64,000 nucleotides of DNA from Malacoraja senta (lineage: Eukaryota). Every line of letters starts with the position of its first letter. The first letter of the stretch is position 1. Positions 12,801 to 23,849 of the stretch are shown here, in pieces. The stretch covers positions 1-64,000 of the forward strand of contig CM075995.1 of NCBI GenBank assembly GCA_038087875.1, written 5' to 3'. The position numbers were made by a program, and so were the translations under genes. Under the pieces are notes generated by a model. The model saw only the letters and a list, made by a program, of their open reading frames with translations, searched no databases and was not told where the DNA came from.

Positions 12801-13907
12801 CATAATAACCCAGCAGATGTACTGGACGAGGCAATGCAGATAAAAGCGGAATCAGCAAACTTAATATCATATTTGTACAATATTATCTTAAATGTACAAA
12901 TACCATCTACGGAGGGTATCAGAAGAGACTGGGAACAAGAGTTAGCTATTGAAATTTCAAAGGAAAGTTGGAATGAATACTTATTAAAAGTACATAAATG
13001 CTCGATTAATGTAAGACACACATTAATACAATTTAAAATTTTACATAGATTATATTATTCGAAAACTAAAATTCATAAAATTTTCCCAAACGTATCATCT
13101 ATTTGTGATAAATGTCAATCCCAAGAAGCAACTATAGCGCACTCATTTGTCTTCTGTACAAAAATTCAAAAATTTTGGAATGAAATTTTTGAAATCTTTA
13201 CAAAGTTATTTAAAACAAGACTGATACCCAAAGCAGAATGGATTATCTTCGGAATAACGGAAGATGATCCAGAACTAAATGTGTTTCAAAAGAAATTAAT
13301 GGATTATGGGTTAATAACTGGAAAAAAGCTAATTCTAAAATTTTGGAAGAAGGCTCCAATACCAACTATAAATATGTGGATTTCAAATATGTTTGAAACA
13401 CTACACCTTGAAGAGATAAGACTCCTCCTAGCAGGTAAACCAGATCACTTCCACCTGACGTGGTCTGCATTTATAGAATTATTACAAACATAGGGTGCAA
13501 AAGTACTTTAAAAAAATAAAAAATTGAGGTCGGGTAAGGGGGGATGATAGTTGAAGAGTTGGTATGTCCTATTTACGTGATGCTCAAAAAAAAACATTTG
13601 TTTTTCTTTTTTTCTCTCTCTCTTTTCTTTTCTTAGGGCCTATTTCTTAACTCTTTTTCTTTTTGTTTTTAATTTCGCTCTCATAGGGTCTTCGTCCTTT
13701 TTTGTTGTTACATTTTCTACACTTTTCTACACTTGCACTTTTTCCTTCACTTTCTTCTCTCTTTCAATCTTTTCTTTCTTTAGTGTAAAAAAAATAAATA
13801 AAGGGAGTACATTAATTGTAAGAAGATATAAATGACGAGTATTAATGTATGTGGCTGTGATGTAATGTACTTCTAATAAATAAAAATTTAAAAAAAAAAA
13901 AAAAAAA
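9812..13907 (+). mobile_element. L1-clade LINE, 5'-truncated within ORF2, near-intact (APE, RT, CCHC), with poly(A) tail
   Basis: ORFs 9769-12093 and 12054-13493: LQETH, NIYAPN, GGDFN, SRIDY, SDHS, GPDG, LDAEKAFD, RQGCSLSP, YADD, CDKC..H..C. One frameshift near 12050; aataaa at about 13876 and poly(A) at 13890-13907. Confidence 0.95.
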
Positions 13908-14681
13908 GATCTTTCCTGGTCCGAGAACAATGATGCCATTATTAAGAAAGCACATCAGCGCCTCTACTTCCTGAGAAGATTACGGAGAGTCGGTTTGTCA
14001 AGGAGGACTCTCTCTAACTTCTACAGGTGCACAGTAGAGAGCATGCTGACCGGTTGCATCGTGGCTTGGTTTGGCAACTTGAGTGCCCTGGAGAGGAAAA
14101 GACTACAAAAAGTAGTAAACACTGCCCAGTCCATCATCGGCTCTGACCTCCCTTCCATCGAGGGGATCTACCACAGTCGCTGCCTCAAAAATGCTGGCAG
14201 CATCATCAAGGACCCACACCATCCTGGCCACACACTCATCTCCCTACTACCTTCAGGTAGAAGGTACAGGAGCCTGAAGACTGCAACGACCAGGTTCAGG
14301 AACAGCTACTTCCCCACAGCCATCAGGCTATTAAACCTGGCTCGGACATAACACTGAACTTTACTAGCCAATACTGTTATTTGCACTTTATCAGTATATT
14401 GACCATTGTGTATATATTTATAGAATGCCTTGTAGTAAATGCCTACTATGTTCTGTTGTGCTCAAGCAAAGCAAGAATTTCATTGTCCTACCAGGGACAC
14501 ATGACAATAAACTCACTTGACTTGACTTGACTTGACAACGACGAACTGCCTTAGGGGCTCCGACTCCGGATTTTCTTGAGGTTTACTCTTGGAGCCTTTT
14601 CAATGACTGGAGGTTTTAAATTAGTTTCCCTCTCCTAGATGGACTGCCTTCTCAGGCTGACGAACCCCATCTGCACGAGAC
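13906..14681 (+). repeat. 776-bp direct repeat, copy 2 (includes the duplicated Rex1 3' end to 14536)
   Basis: Matches 9036-9811. Confidence 0.95.
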
Positions 14682-14738
14682 TCGTGGGAGCGGGAGCATC
14701 TACCTTCCCATGCAGATCTATAGCACCTGCCCACTGCC

Positions 14739-15550
14739 CTATTTAGTTTAAACCCACATGTGTAGCACTAACATACCTGCCTGCCAGAACGTTGGTCCCC
14801 CTCCAGTTAAGGTGTAACCCGTCCCTTTTGTACAGGTCACCCCTACCCCAGAAGAGATCCCATGTGGTCTATAAATCTAAATCCCTGCTCCCTGCACCAG
14901 TCCCCCAGCCACATATTCAGATCCCCCATCTCCCTGTTCCTGCCCTCACTAGCACGAGGTACAGGATGTAATTCAGAGATAATCACCCTAGAACTCCTGC
15001 TTTTCAGTCTTCTTCCTAACTCTCTAAACACGTGTTGCAGAACCTTCTTCCTCTTCTTCCCGACGTCGTATGTGCGCACGTGCACAACTACTGCCAGCTG
15101 TTCACCTTCCCTCTCGAGGATGTTCTGAAGTCGATTTGTGATATCTTGAACCCTGGCATAAGGGAGGCAACAGACCATCCTCGAGTCTTGCCTGCCACCA
15201 CAGAATCTCCAGTCCGCACCTCAGACAATGGAGTCACCCACCACTATAGCTCTGCCGATGTCAGTCTGGCCGGTCGAGTCTCATCGCTACGATTGGAGCC
15301 ACCGACCTGTCAGCTGCTTGGACTGGAAATGTCGTCTGCCCCGACAGCTCCAAAAAGGGTGTACCTGTTTTCATTTGGCACAGCCACTGGGGTCTCCTGC
15401 ACTCCACGGTTACTCCCCTTTCTCCCAGTTACCCACCTTCACTCTTTCTTTATCCTTGGCGTGACAACCTCACTGTAGGTCCTGTTCATGAAACTCTCGT
15501 TTTTCCGGATGGCCCGGAGGTCATCCAGCTGCTTCTTCAGTTCCCCAATA
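14739..15550 (-). mobile_element. CR1 ORF1 region (SGNH esterase-like), continuation of the 5920-8830 element
   Basis: VCCLP..ARVQDI..VVVHV.T.D..SEL.PVPRASEGRNR..LNMWL..WCREQGFRF; the sequence rejoins the CR1 at tatttagtttaaacc. Confidence 0.85.
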
Positions 15551-16039
15551 CTATAAACAATAAGCCAATAGATATTATGGAAATAAATGTGACAAATATG
15601 AACAAATCTTCATTAAGAGTCATGGTTTAAGGATTAATTTGCATCTCTTAGTGAGTGTATGAAACATGTTCACACAAGATATAATTTTACTTGACCGCTT
15701 AAAAGAAGCTGGCTGAATAATCAGTTACAATTAGGAAGCCAGATTTCCTAGTCAACTTAGAAAGGATGTCCAAACATTGGGGAATCTGTCGTGAAGAAGG
15801 GTCTCAAAATAAAACGTCGTCTATTCCTTCTATCCAGAGATGCTGCCTGTCCTGCTGAGCTACTCCAGCATTTTGTGCCTATCTGTAATGAAGAGAGCTC
15901 TGTGGAGTATGACAGGGCTGAAGCATCAGTTGAGGGTATATCAAGGCATTGATTATCAAGTCAAGTCTTTGTGGTGGGGGTGATCACTTTTGGCTGATGA
16001 AGGTTAATGTGGTAGTGTGAGGTACTGTGACTATCAGTG

Positions 16040-16920
16040 AGGATAGGTGACCATCTCAATAACCCAAATCACCGGTGTCCCACAAGAATGTGTTCTCAGT
16101 CCACTACTGTACTCTCTGGACACTACCAACTGTACAGCCAAATTCAGGTCAAATTTTGTCTACAGGTTTGCAGACATCACCACTGTGTTGGGCTGAAGCA
16201 CAAACAATGACGAGACAGGGTATAGAAAGGAGATAGAGAACTTAGTGACATGGTATCAGGACAATAACCCGTACCTCAATGTCAGCAAGATGAAGGAGAT
16301 AATTATAGACTTCAGGAAGCATGGTGGAGTACATGCCCCAATCAGCATCAATGGTGCGGATGTGAAAATGATTGAGAGCTTCAAGTTCCTTGGCGTTAAT
16401 AGTTTCAATGACCTGTGGTGCACCAACAATATTGATGTGACGGCCAAGAAGGTACAACAATGCCTCTACTACCTAGTTTAGATTAGATTATAATTGTCAT
16501 GTGTACCAAGGTACAGTAAGAAGCTTTTTGTTGCATGCATTCCAGTCAAAGAAAGGGCTGTACATGATTACAATCAAGACATCCAGTGTACAGATAAAGG
16601 GTACAACATTAGTGCATGATGAACTCTGATAAAGCCGATTAAAGATAGTCAAAGTTCTTCAATGAGTTCAGTTAAGTTTAGTTTATTGTCACGTGTACCG
16701 AGGTACCAGGAAAGGTTTTTGTTGCATGCTAACCAGTCAGCAGAAAGACAATACATGATTACAATCTAGTCATTTACAGTGTATAGATACATGATAAGGG
16801 GATAACATTTAGTGCAAGGTAAAGCCAGCAAAGTTCGATCAAGGAAAGTCCAATGGGTCACCAAAGAGGTACATAGTAGTTCAGCACTGCTCTATGGTTG
16901 TGGTAGGATGATTCAGTTTC
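16040..16920. mobile_element. Degenerate Rex1 RT fragment (+) followed by two tandem Rex1-type 3' tails (-)
   Basis: WYQDNN.YLNVSKMKEIIIDFRK, FKFLGV; two ttattgtca..gtacc.aggtac..tttttgttgcatgc units. Confidence 0.7.
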
Positions 16921-17170
16921 CACAGATACAGAGAGGAAACGGGCCCTTTCACGCATCTGTACATAATTTCTATCCTACACACTAGTGACAATTTACAGAA
17001 GCCAACTAACCTACAAGTCTTTGGAATGTGGGAGGAAATTGGAGCACCCAAAGAAAACCTACGAGGTCACAGCAAGAAAGTACAAACTCCGCAGACAGCA
17101 CCCTTGGTCAGGATCGAACCCGGGTCTCTGACACTGTAAGGCAGCAACTCTACCGTTGTACCACTGTGCC
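16921..17170 (-). mobile_element. tRNA-derived SINE
   Basis: Reverse complement contains B box ggttcgatcc and ggcacagtgg head. Confidence 0.8.
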
Positions 17171-18142
17171 TCTTTGTTCTTGTATGCATCAGCCGAATGT
17201 AAGATAATAGTAATTGGCCTACATCAAAGCAGAGATCTTCATCTTAAGTTATTTCACACCATTGTAAAAGAGATGAAGGAAACTTTAGACCAGACTTAGT
17301 TTGTCACTTGGCACATGCTCTGTAAAACATGGTCATAAACATATTTGACTTTCCCCATCAATAATTGGCTTTGTAATTTGTTCCCAGTGTGTTGGATAGT
17401 GCTAGTGTATGGGGTGATCACTGGTTGGCGCGGACTCGGTGGGCCAAAGTGCCTGTTTCCACGCTGGATCTTTAAAGTCTAAATTGAAGTCTAAAGTCAC
17501 TCATCATTATTGACTCAGTATTATGAAACCACTTTAAGCAATGATAATTAGTCTGCATAATGCAGCTCTTTAGGTCTTCGGTTGGTGAGTAATCTGTGAT
17601 CAGTTTATAGTTTCTCTGAAAGTATAGACAAAATAATAATGACAGTTGATACTGGCATTAAGTTCAATGCAGTCGTCAGGTAGGTATTGAAATCTCACTG
17701 CCATGCAAAGGAATCATTATCAACAGCTCCCAGATTATATTTCAGTTAAGGTCTTGTTTGTCTTCAATAAAAATGAGTTTTGATACGTTTCTTGATAATT
17801 CTTCTTATTCTAACAGAAAGTATTTTTTGTCAGATGATAAAATTCCAAGTAGTATGCAACGTAGCGATTAAAACAAAGTGCAGAGAAATGATCATACCTG
17901 CACGTCTTACTCTTGTATAGGATGTGGGCGTCTTGCAGACGTAAGTACCGATCAAGTGAGGATTAGGTGGTAATCTGGTAGTTTCATCTTAATTCCTGCT
18001 TTTCACTCAAGAATTATTTAATTACAGTACTTAGATTTAAAACCTCAGGTGCAAAGGTGGAACTCAAATGTCAGTTCAATGATCCAGGAATCCATTGGCC
18101 AGTCCAGTAAGTTAACTAGTGGGCTAGCAGTTAAGTTACCTT

Positions 18143-18418
18143 TAGTTTTAGTTAAGTTTAGAGATACAGAGCAGAACAGGCCCTTTGGCTCACCGAGAAC
18201 CGCGCTGACCAACGATCCCTGTACACTAACACTATCCTGCGCACACTAGGGGAAATTTACAATTCTACCAAGCCAATTAACCTACAAACCTGTATGTCTT
18301 TGGAGTGTGGGAAGAAACCAGAGATCCCAGAAGAAAACCTACGCAGGTCACGGGGAGAACAGCACCTGTTGTCAGGATCGAACCCGAGTTTCTGTCGCTG
18401 TAAGACAGCAACTCTGTA
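18143..18418 (-). mobile_element. tRNA-derived SINE
   Basis: B box on the - strand (ggatcgaacc at about 18375); same body as neighbouring copies. Confidence 0.8.
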
Positions 18419-18524
18419 ACTGTGGACAACTTTTACTGGCTCAGCAAGGACAGTACTGTAAAAGGAACTACAGTGCCATCTGTTGGCAAGCTGACTACTA
18501 CATTCAAACAAAAGTGAAAATGTG

Positions 18525-18832
18525 GGGCAGCATAGTGGCGCAGTGATAGATTTGCTGCCTTCCAGCACCAGAGACCCGGGTTTGATCCGGACTACGGGTG
18601 CTGTCTGTACAGAGTTTACACGTTCTCCCTGTGAATGTGTGGGTTTTCTCTGGGTCCTCCGGTTCCCTCCCACACTCCGAAGACATGCTGGTTTGTAGAT
18701 TCATTGGCTTCACTAAAATTGTAAATTGTCCCTAGTGTGTAGGATAGTTCTAGTGTACAGGGCGATCGCTGGTTGGCATGGACTCGGTTGACTGAAGGGC
18801 CTGTTTCCGCACTGTATCTCTAAAGTCTAAAG
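18525..18832 (+). mobile_element. tRNA-derived SINE, full-length
   Basis: A box tggcgcagtga, B box ggtttgatcc, body, CR1-like 3' end gaagggcctgtttcc and (ctaaagt)n tail. Confidence 0.85.
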
Positions 18833-19560
18833 AAAATGCTGGAAACACCAGGCAGGTCAGGCAGCATCTGTGGAAAGAGAAAAAGTTAACGTCTCAGGAC
18901 CCTTCATCAGAACTGGGAGAAACTGTAAAACAAGTTAATTAACAATAACAGAGAAGGTTTAGTGCTGGTAGAACAAGGGGAAAATTTCTGACAAGGTGAG
19001 ACCAAATTAGTTTATGGGGCAGTTTGTACACTCTGGAGTTTAGAGCGTCGGATAAAATCACAATTTCATTCTTAAACTATGTAATGTTTTGTTGATAAAC
19101 AGTCTATTGGACAAGACCTGCAGGCGAGGCAAAACTAAAAGAAAAATAAATACTGAGCCGAATTGATGGCAAACATAAATAGCCAGTTCTGATACATTTA
19201 GAAAGAAGCAGTGAGTTACCTGAAACAAGAGATTTCAATATTTGGTCCAGAAGGCGCAGCTTCTAGAAGGAAGATGAGGTATTATTCCTAAAACTTGCAT
19301 TGAACCTCATTGAAACAGTAAAGGAGGCCACAGACAGGTAGGTTAGAATGTGAGTCAGATGGTGAATTAATGTTGCAGGCAGTAGGACACTGTGGGTTAA
19401 ATGCATATGCTCTGCAAAGTGATCACCCTTTCTGCGTTTGATTTCTCACATGTAATGGAGGCCATATTATGAACGCTGAATGTGGAAGAAGTCCAAATGA
19501 ATGGCAGCTTCACCCAAAAGGACTGTTTGGGCAACAGGATGGTGGGAAGGGAAGAAATAA
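18833..19560 (-). mobile_element. Degenerate Penelope-like element 3' region
   Basis: pLTR motif and diverged similarity to 48730-49530 (gttacctgaaa..atttcaatatt..atgaggt.tt.ttcc). Confidence 0.5.
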
Positions 19561-20265
19561 GAGGAGAGATGATTCTCTCATCAGTTAATATCACTGGTTC
19601 ATTGCGATATTTAAGTCATGTCCTGTTTATCATTTGGTCTAAGAGAAAATGTCCGTTGTTCAGCTGGCCAACACTTTCATATGTCTGTGTCTAAAGAAGA
19701 GTCCCGACACAAAACGTCACATATCCATGTTCTCCAGAGATGCTGCCAATCAGCAGGATTTGGACCAATGTCCTCATGACATGGGCTTGCTAGTGATGCA
19801 GCAGAGGGCTTCTTCTAGCTTGGCAGAGGGATGGAAACCAGAGGAAAGAACCAGAAGGAAGAAAAACTTAACCTGGTAAAAAAAGAAGATTATTTCGGAG
19901 GGAGGAGAGAAATGAAAATGTGGACAGCAATGAAAGATTAACAATAGCAGCAGTGTATCAGGAAGGAAAGTAATGCATAAGCATGAGATCAAATAGACTC
20001 ATGGTAAGAAAAAATAATATAAAATTAAAGGCTGTTTATCTACAGTAAATGCATGCAATATTTGCAACATAAATGTGTTGGCGACATAAATAGAAAAAAA
20101 TATGGGTGTGATCTTGGTTGCAAACTGACCAAGGTTAGGGATATTTGACATGATGGAAAGACAGGCAGAAAGTCAAAGTAGGTGGGGTAGGTGGGGGATT
20201 ACTGCAGTGGTGTGGAAATTTATTCACTGAAGGTTCAGAAGTTTGAGTGTAGATAAGAAAGAGTT

Positions 20266-20889
20266 AAGGGCCTGTTTTCGGCGACTACAGGCGACTAGGC
20301 TGTTTTCACATGGTCTCGGGGTGACGCCTGTATGGTCATGAGTATTCTCCTCAAGTCGCCTAAAGGGTCGTAACGTTTTTCTGATCGTCGCTGGATTTTG
20401 AAATGTTCAAAACTTTTCGGTGACAGTGGGCTTGACGTAGCTTGTCTTCTCCTGTCGCAGGTGCTGTCATAGGTTGTCACCAGGATGACGCAGGTTTTCG
20501 CCAGGTGTCACAGGTTGTCGCTGGGTGCTGACTTCGGTGAATTCCATTGCCGACTACTTACGTCAACCGGCGACAGGTACCGGCGACTGAATTGTCTTCA
20601 GTTGTCTTCAGTTATCGCCGACAGGATCATTGCTTGTCGTAGCTTGTTGCGGATGGATGTAGGTTGACTTTGTTTGTCGTAGGTTGTCGCCTGTGTGGTC
20701 GTAAGTTGTCGTAGGTGTGATCGTAGGTGGACATACTAAGTCGCGACGATTGGGTCACCGGTAGCTTGCCGTCGACTGGTTGTAGGTTGTCGTAGACAAT
20801 GTCGTGGGTTGGGGGGGGCCAGTCGCCTGCTACGACTGTGACACTCGCCGGAGTTGCCAAAACAAATCGCCTAAGTGGAACAGGCCCTT
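20266..20889. mobile_element. PIF/Harbinger-like MITE with internal GTCG-rich repeats
   Basis: 11-bp inverted termini aagggcctgtt (20266-20276) and aacaggccctt (20879-20889) in a TAA-like context; many tgtcg/cgac units inside. Confidence 0.6.
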
Positions 20890-21282
20890 CGGGGTGCGAA
20901 GTCACAGGTGGGGCTAGTATATAAGCCCATCATAGTAGGTAGGAAGGTACAGCAGGTGCTAGTTTATACTGAAGATAGACACAAAATGCTGGAGTAACTC
21001 ATCGGGTCAGGCAGCATCTCTGAGGAAAAGGAACGGTGACGTTTCGGCTCGGAACCCTTCTTCAGACTGAAAGATAGAGAAAGCCAGAACAAACAGGGCT
21101 GGAAACAGAAGACCTCAGGAAGGGTGGTCCATAATGGCTCTTTATAGTGTCTCTCTCTAGCCCATATAGGTATACTGCAGATTAGAGTATAAATTAAAAA
21201 ACAGAGGAATGGATGATCACAACATGGAAGAATTTCAAATTACATTTGTGACTGTGACTTGTAAATTAGACTTGTAAAAAGG

Positions 21283-21520
21283 GAACAGCATCCCCTTTCC
21301 CATCAGAACTGCCCCCTCCATCGACGCTTTTAAGTCAAGACTAAAAACTTATCTATACTCCCAAGCCTTTCCTGATGTCCTCTGAGTGAGAGCTACATGT
21401 ATATATGTATGTAGTTTGTTTTGTTTATGCTATTCTTATAACAAATGTAAAGCACTTTGGCCAACGAGAGTTGTTTTTTAAATGTGCTATATAAATAAAT
21501 GTGACTTGACTTGACTTGAC
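21283..21520 (+). mobile_element. L2 LINE 3' end
   Basis: Same sequence as 39783-40050 (WNSIP..IRTAPSID.FKSRLKTYL); (gactt)n tail. Confidence 0.85.
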
Positions 21521-21845
21521 TACATTTGAGTTGAGAAAATTGGATGTGAAATCAGAATCCTAAACATAAATGAGGACAGTGTTGGCAAAAGTGGACTGGG
21601 AAAATAGATTAAAGAGCATGACAATAGGCCAGCAGTGGCAGCTAGTTTTGTAAGATATTTCATCAACTCACTCAAGGTATGTTCCAGTAAGAATGAAAAG
21701 CTGTTCAAGAAAGATGCACCATTCAAGAAAGATGTCTAAGTAAGGAAGCTAAAAATTTTACTTATAAGAAATTAGAATATTATGGAACGTAGAAGTGTAT
21801 AGTACAGGAACAGGCCGATCAGCCCAAAATGGCCGTGCTGAACGT

Positions 21846-23088
21846 GATAAATGAATGAATACGTTTATTGGCCAAGTATTCACATACAAGGAATTTGCCT
21901 TGGTGCTCCGCCCACAAGTGACGACGACATACAGTGACAGCTAGGAATGGCACATAAAACATTAAATATTAATAATAAAACATTATTGATTAAACATGTG
22001 AATTAAATAAAATACCAGAGCAAAAGGAGGCTACAGATTTTTGGTTATTGAGTAGAGCTACTACTCGTGGAAAAAAGCTGTTTTTATGTCTGGCTGTGCA
22101 GCTTTGACAGTCCGGAGTCGCCTTCCAGAGGGAAGTGATTCAATTAGTTTGTGGCCAGGGTGAGAGGGGTCAGAGATGATCTTACCCGCTCGCTTCCTGG
22201 CCCTTGCAGTGTACAGCTCATCAATGGAGGGAAGGTTGCAGACAATAACCTTCTCAGCTGATCGGACGATTCGCTGCAGCCTTCGGATGCCGTGCTTGGT
22301 GGCTGAGCCAAACCAGACCATGATGGAGAAGGTGAGGACAGACTCTACGATGGCTGTATACAATTGGACCATCATAGCCTTTGGCAGATTGTGCTTCCTC
22401 AGCTGCCGCAGGAAGTACATCCTCTGTTGTGCCTTTTTGACTGTGGGTCGATGTTCTGTTGTGCTGAAGCAAAGCAAGAATTTCATTGTCCTATCAGGGA
22501 CACATGACAATAAACTCACTTGAACTTGTACTTGAACTTGGTAGCCCCCCCATTTAAGGTCCTTGGAGATGATGGTTCCCAGGAACTTAAAAGACTCCAC
22601 AGATGCGACTGTGGTGTTGTTGATGGTGAGTGGGTGGAGGGGAGGGGGAGCTCTCCTAAAGTCTACTATCAATTTCACTGTCTTAAGAGCATTGGTTGTT
22701 AACCTTAAGGACAGGTTGTTGCGATGGCACCAGGCCACCAGCTGTGTCACTTCCTGTCTGTAGGCAGATTCCTCCCCATCCTGGATCAGTCCAATCAGGG
22801 TTGTGTCGTCCGTAAACTTAAGAAGCTTGACAGAGGAGTCAGTGGAGGTGCAGTCATTGGTGTAGAGAGAGTAGAGGATAGGGGAGAGTACGCAGCCTTG
22901 CGGTGCTCCTATGCTGAGGGTTTGCGGGTCCGAGATGTGCTTTCCCAGCCTCACATGCTGCTTCCTGTCTGTCAGGAAGCTGGTGATCCAACGACAGGGG
23001 GGTTCAGGCACAGTCAACTCTGAAAGTTTGGAGTGTAGTAGCTCTGGCACAATGGTGTTGAATGCAGAGCAAAAATCTGTCTCAAGAC
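21846..23088 (-). mobile_element. Rex1/Babar LINE (RT and C-terminus) carrying a nested about 90-bp tail insertion
   Basis: SAFNTI, GAPQGCVLSPILYSLYTND, FTDDTT, KKAQQRMYFLR, LPSGRR; (ttca)n tail at about 21850. Confidence 0.9.
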
Positions 23089-23849
23089 CTGGAATGCAGC
23101 CACAATCCCGCCGATGAGTTTGTCCAAATAATCCAGTGAGTGATGTTAATGAGTACCTCTCTCGTGAAATTAATCTTTGTAGGGTTTTCACAGACGACAC
23201 AAACGAACAAACACATACAAAACAGCAAGGAGCAGTACACCGTGGCAGCCATCGTCGGCTCAAGCAGCAGCAGCTACACTGCAAGCTCGATGATGCCGAG
23301 TTAAACTAATCTCTACTGGTTGCTCGTGATCCACATCTCTCCATTCCCTGCAATTCCATGTGCATATCCAAAAGTCTCAAATGCCACGATCCAGCATATT
23401 CCAGGAACACACCACCCTCAGTGTAAAAAACTCCTTTAAACTTTGCCACTCTCATCTTCAAGGTATGCCCTCTAGTTTTTTTTGACAATTCCACCCTGGG
23501 AAAAGGTTCTGACTGATCTACACCTCTCATAATTTTATATACTTCTATCAGGTCTCTCCTCCGCCTCTGAGGTCCAGTGAAAACAATCCAGGTTTGTCCA
23601 ACCCCTTTCACAGAGAAGCCTACAAAGTGCAAAGAAAAGTGCCAGGCAAGTGCCAGGATTGAAAAGTTTTAGAAACCAGCAAGAATGACCAAAAGAATTA
23701 TAAAATTAGAGACAATACAGTATGCCAGTAAATGAGCAAATGATACAAAAACAGACAGCAACAGCTTCTACAGTGCACACTAACACATACAGCCTTTTTT
23801 CTCCAGAGATGCTGCCTGACCCGCTGAGTTACTCTAGCACGTTGTGTCA

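Larger units (their letters stand above)
8833..14738 (-). mobile_element. About 400-bp RTE-derived non-autonomous element, split into 8833-9033 and 14537-14738 by nested Rex1 and L1 insertions
   Basis: Interrupts the CR1 at ccc(t)tttag/ccctatttag. Contains ggcagtccatctaggagagggaaact and ggcagctcctgcgacggcgctggtgccaaac (- strand), which resemble RTE 5' UTR motifs. Family assignment is by resemblance only. Confidence 0.5.

Noticed and set aside
14660..14738. HDV-like ribozyme at the 5' end of the RTE-derived element
   Set aside because: Only a ~12-bp hairpin is evident; I could not build a P1/P3/L3 arrangement.
20300..20860. CRISPR-like short repeats
   Set aside because: Irregular micro-repeats without unique spacers, in a vertebrate context.
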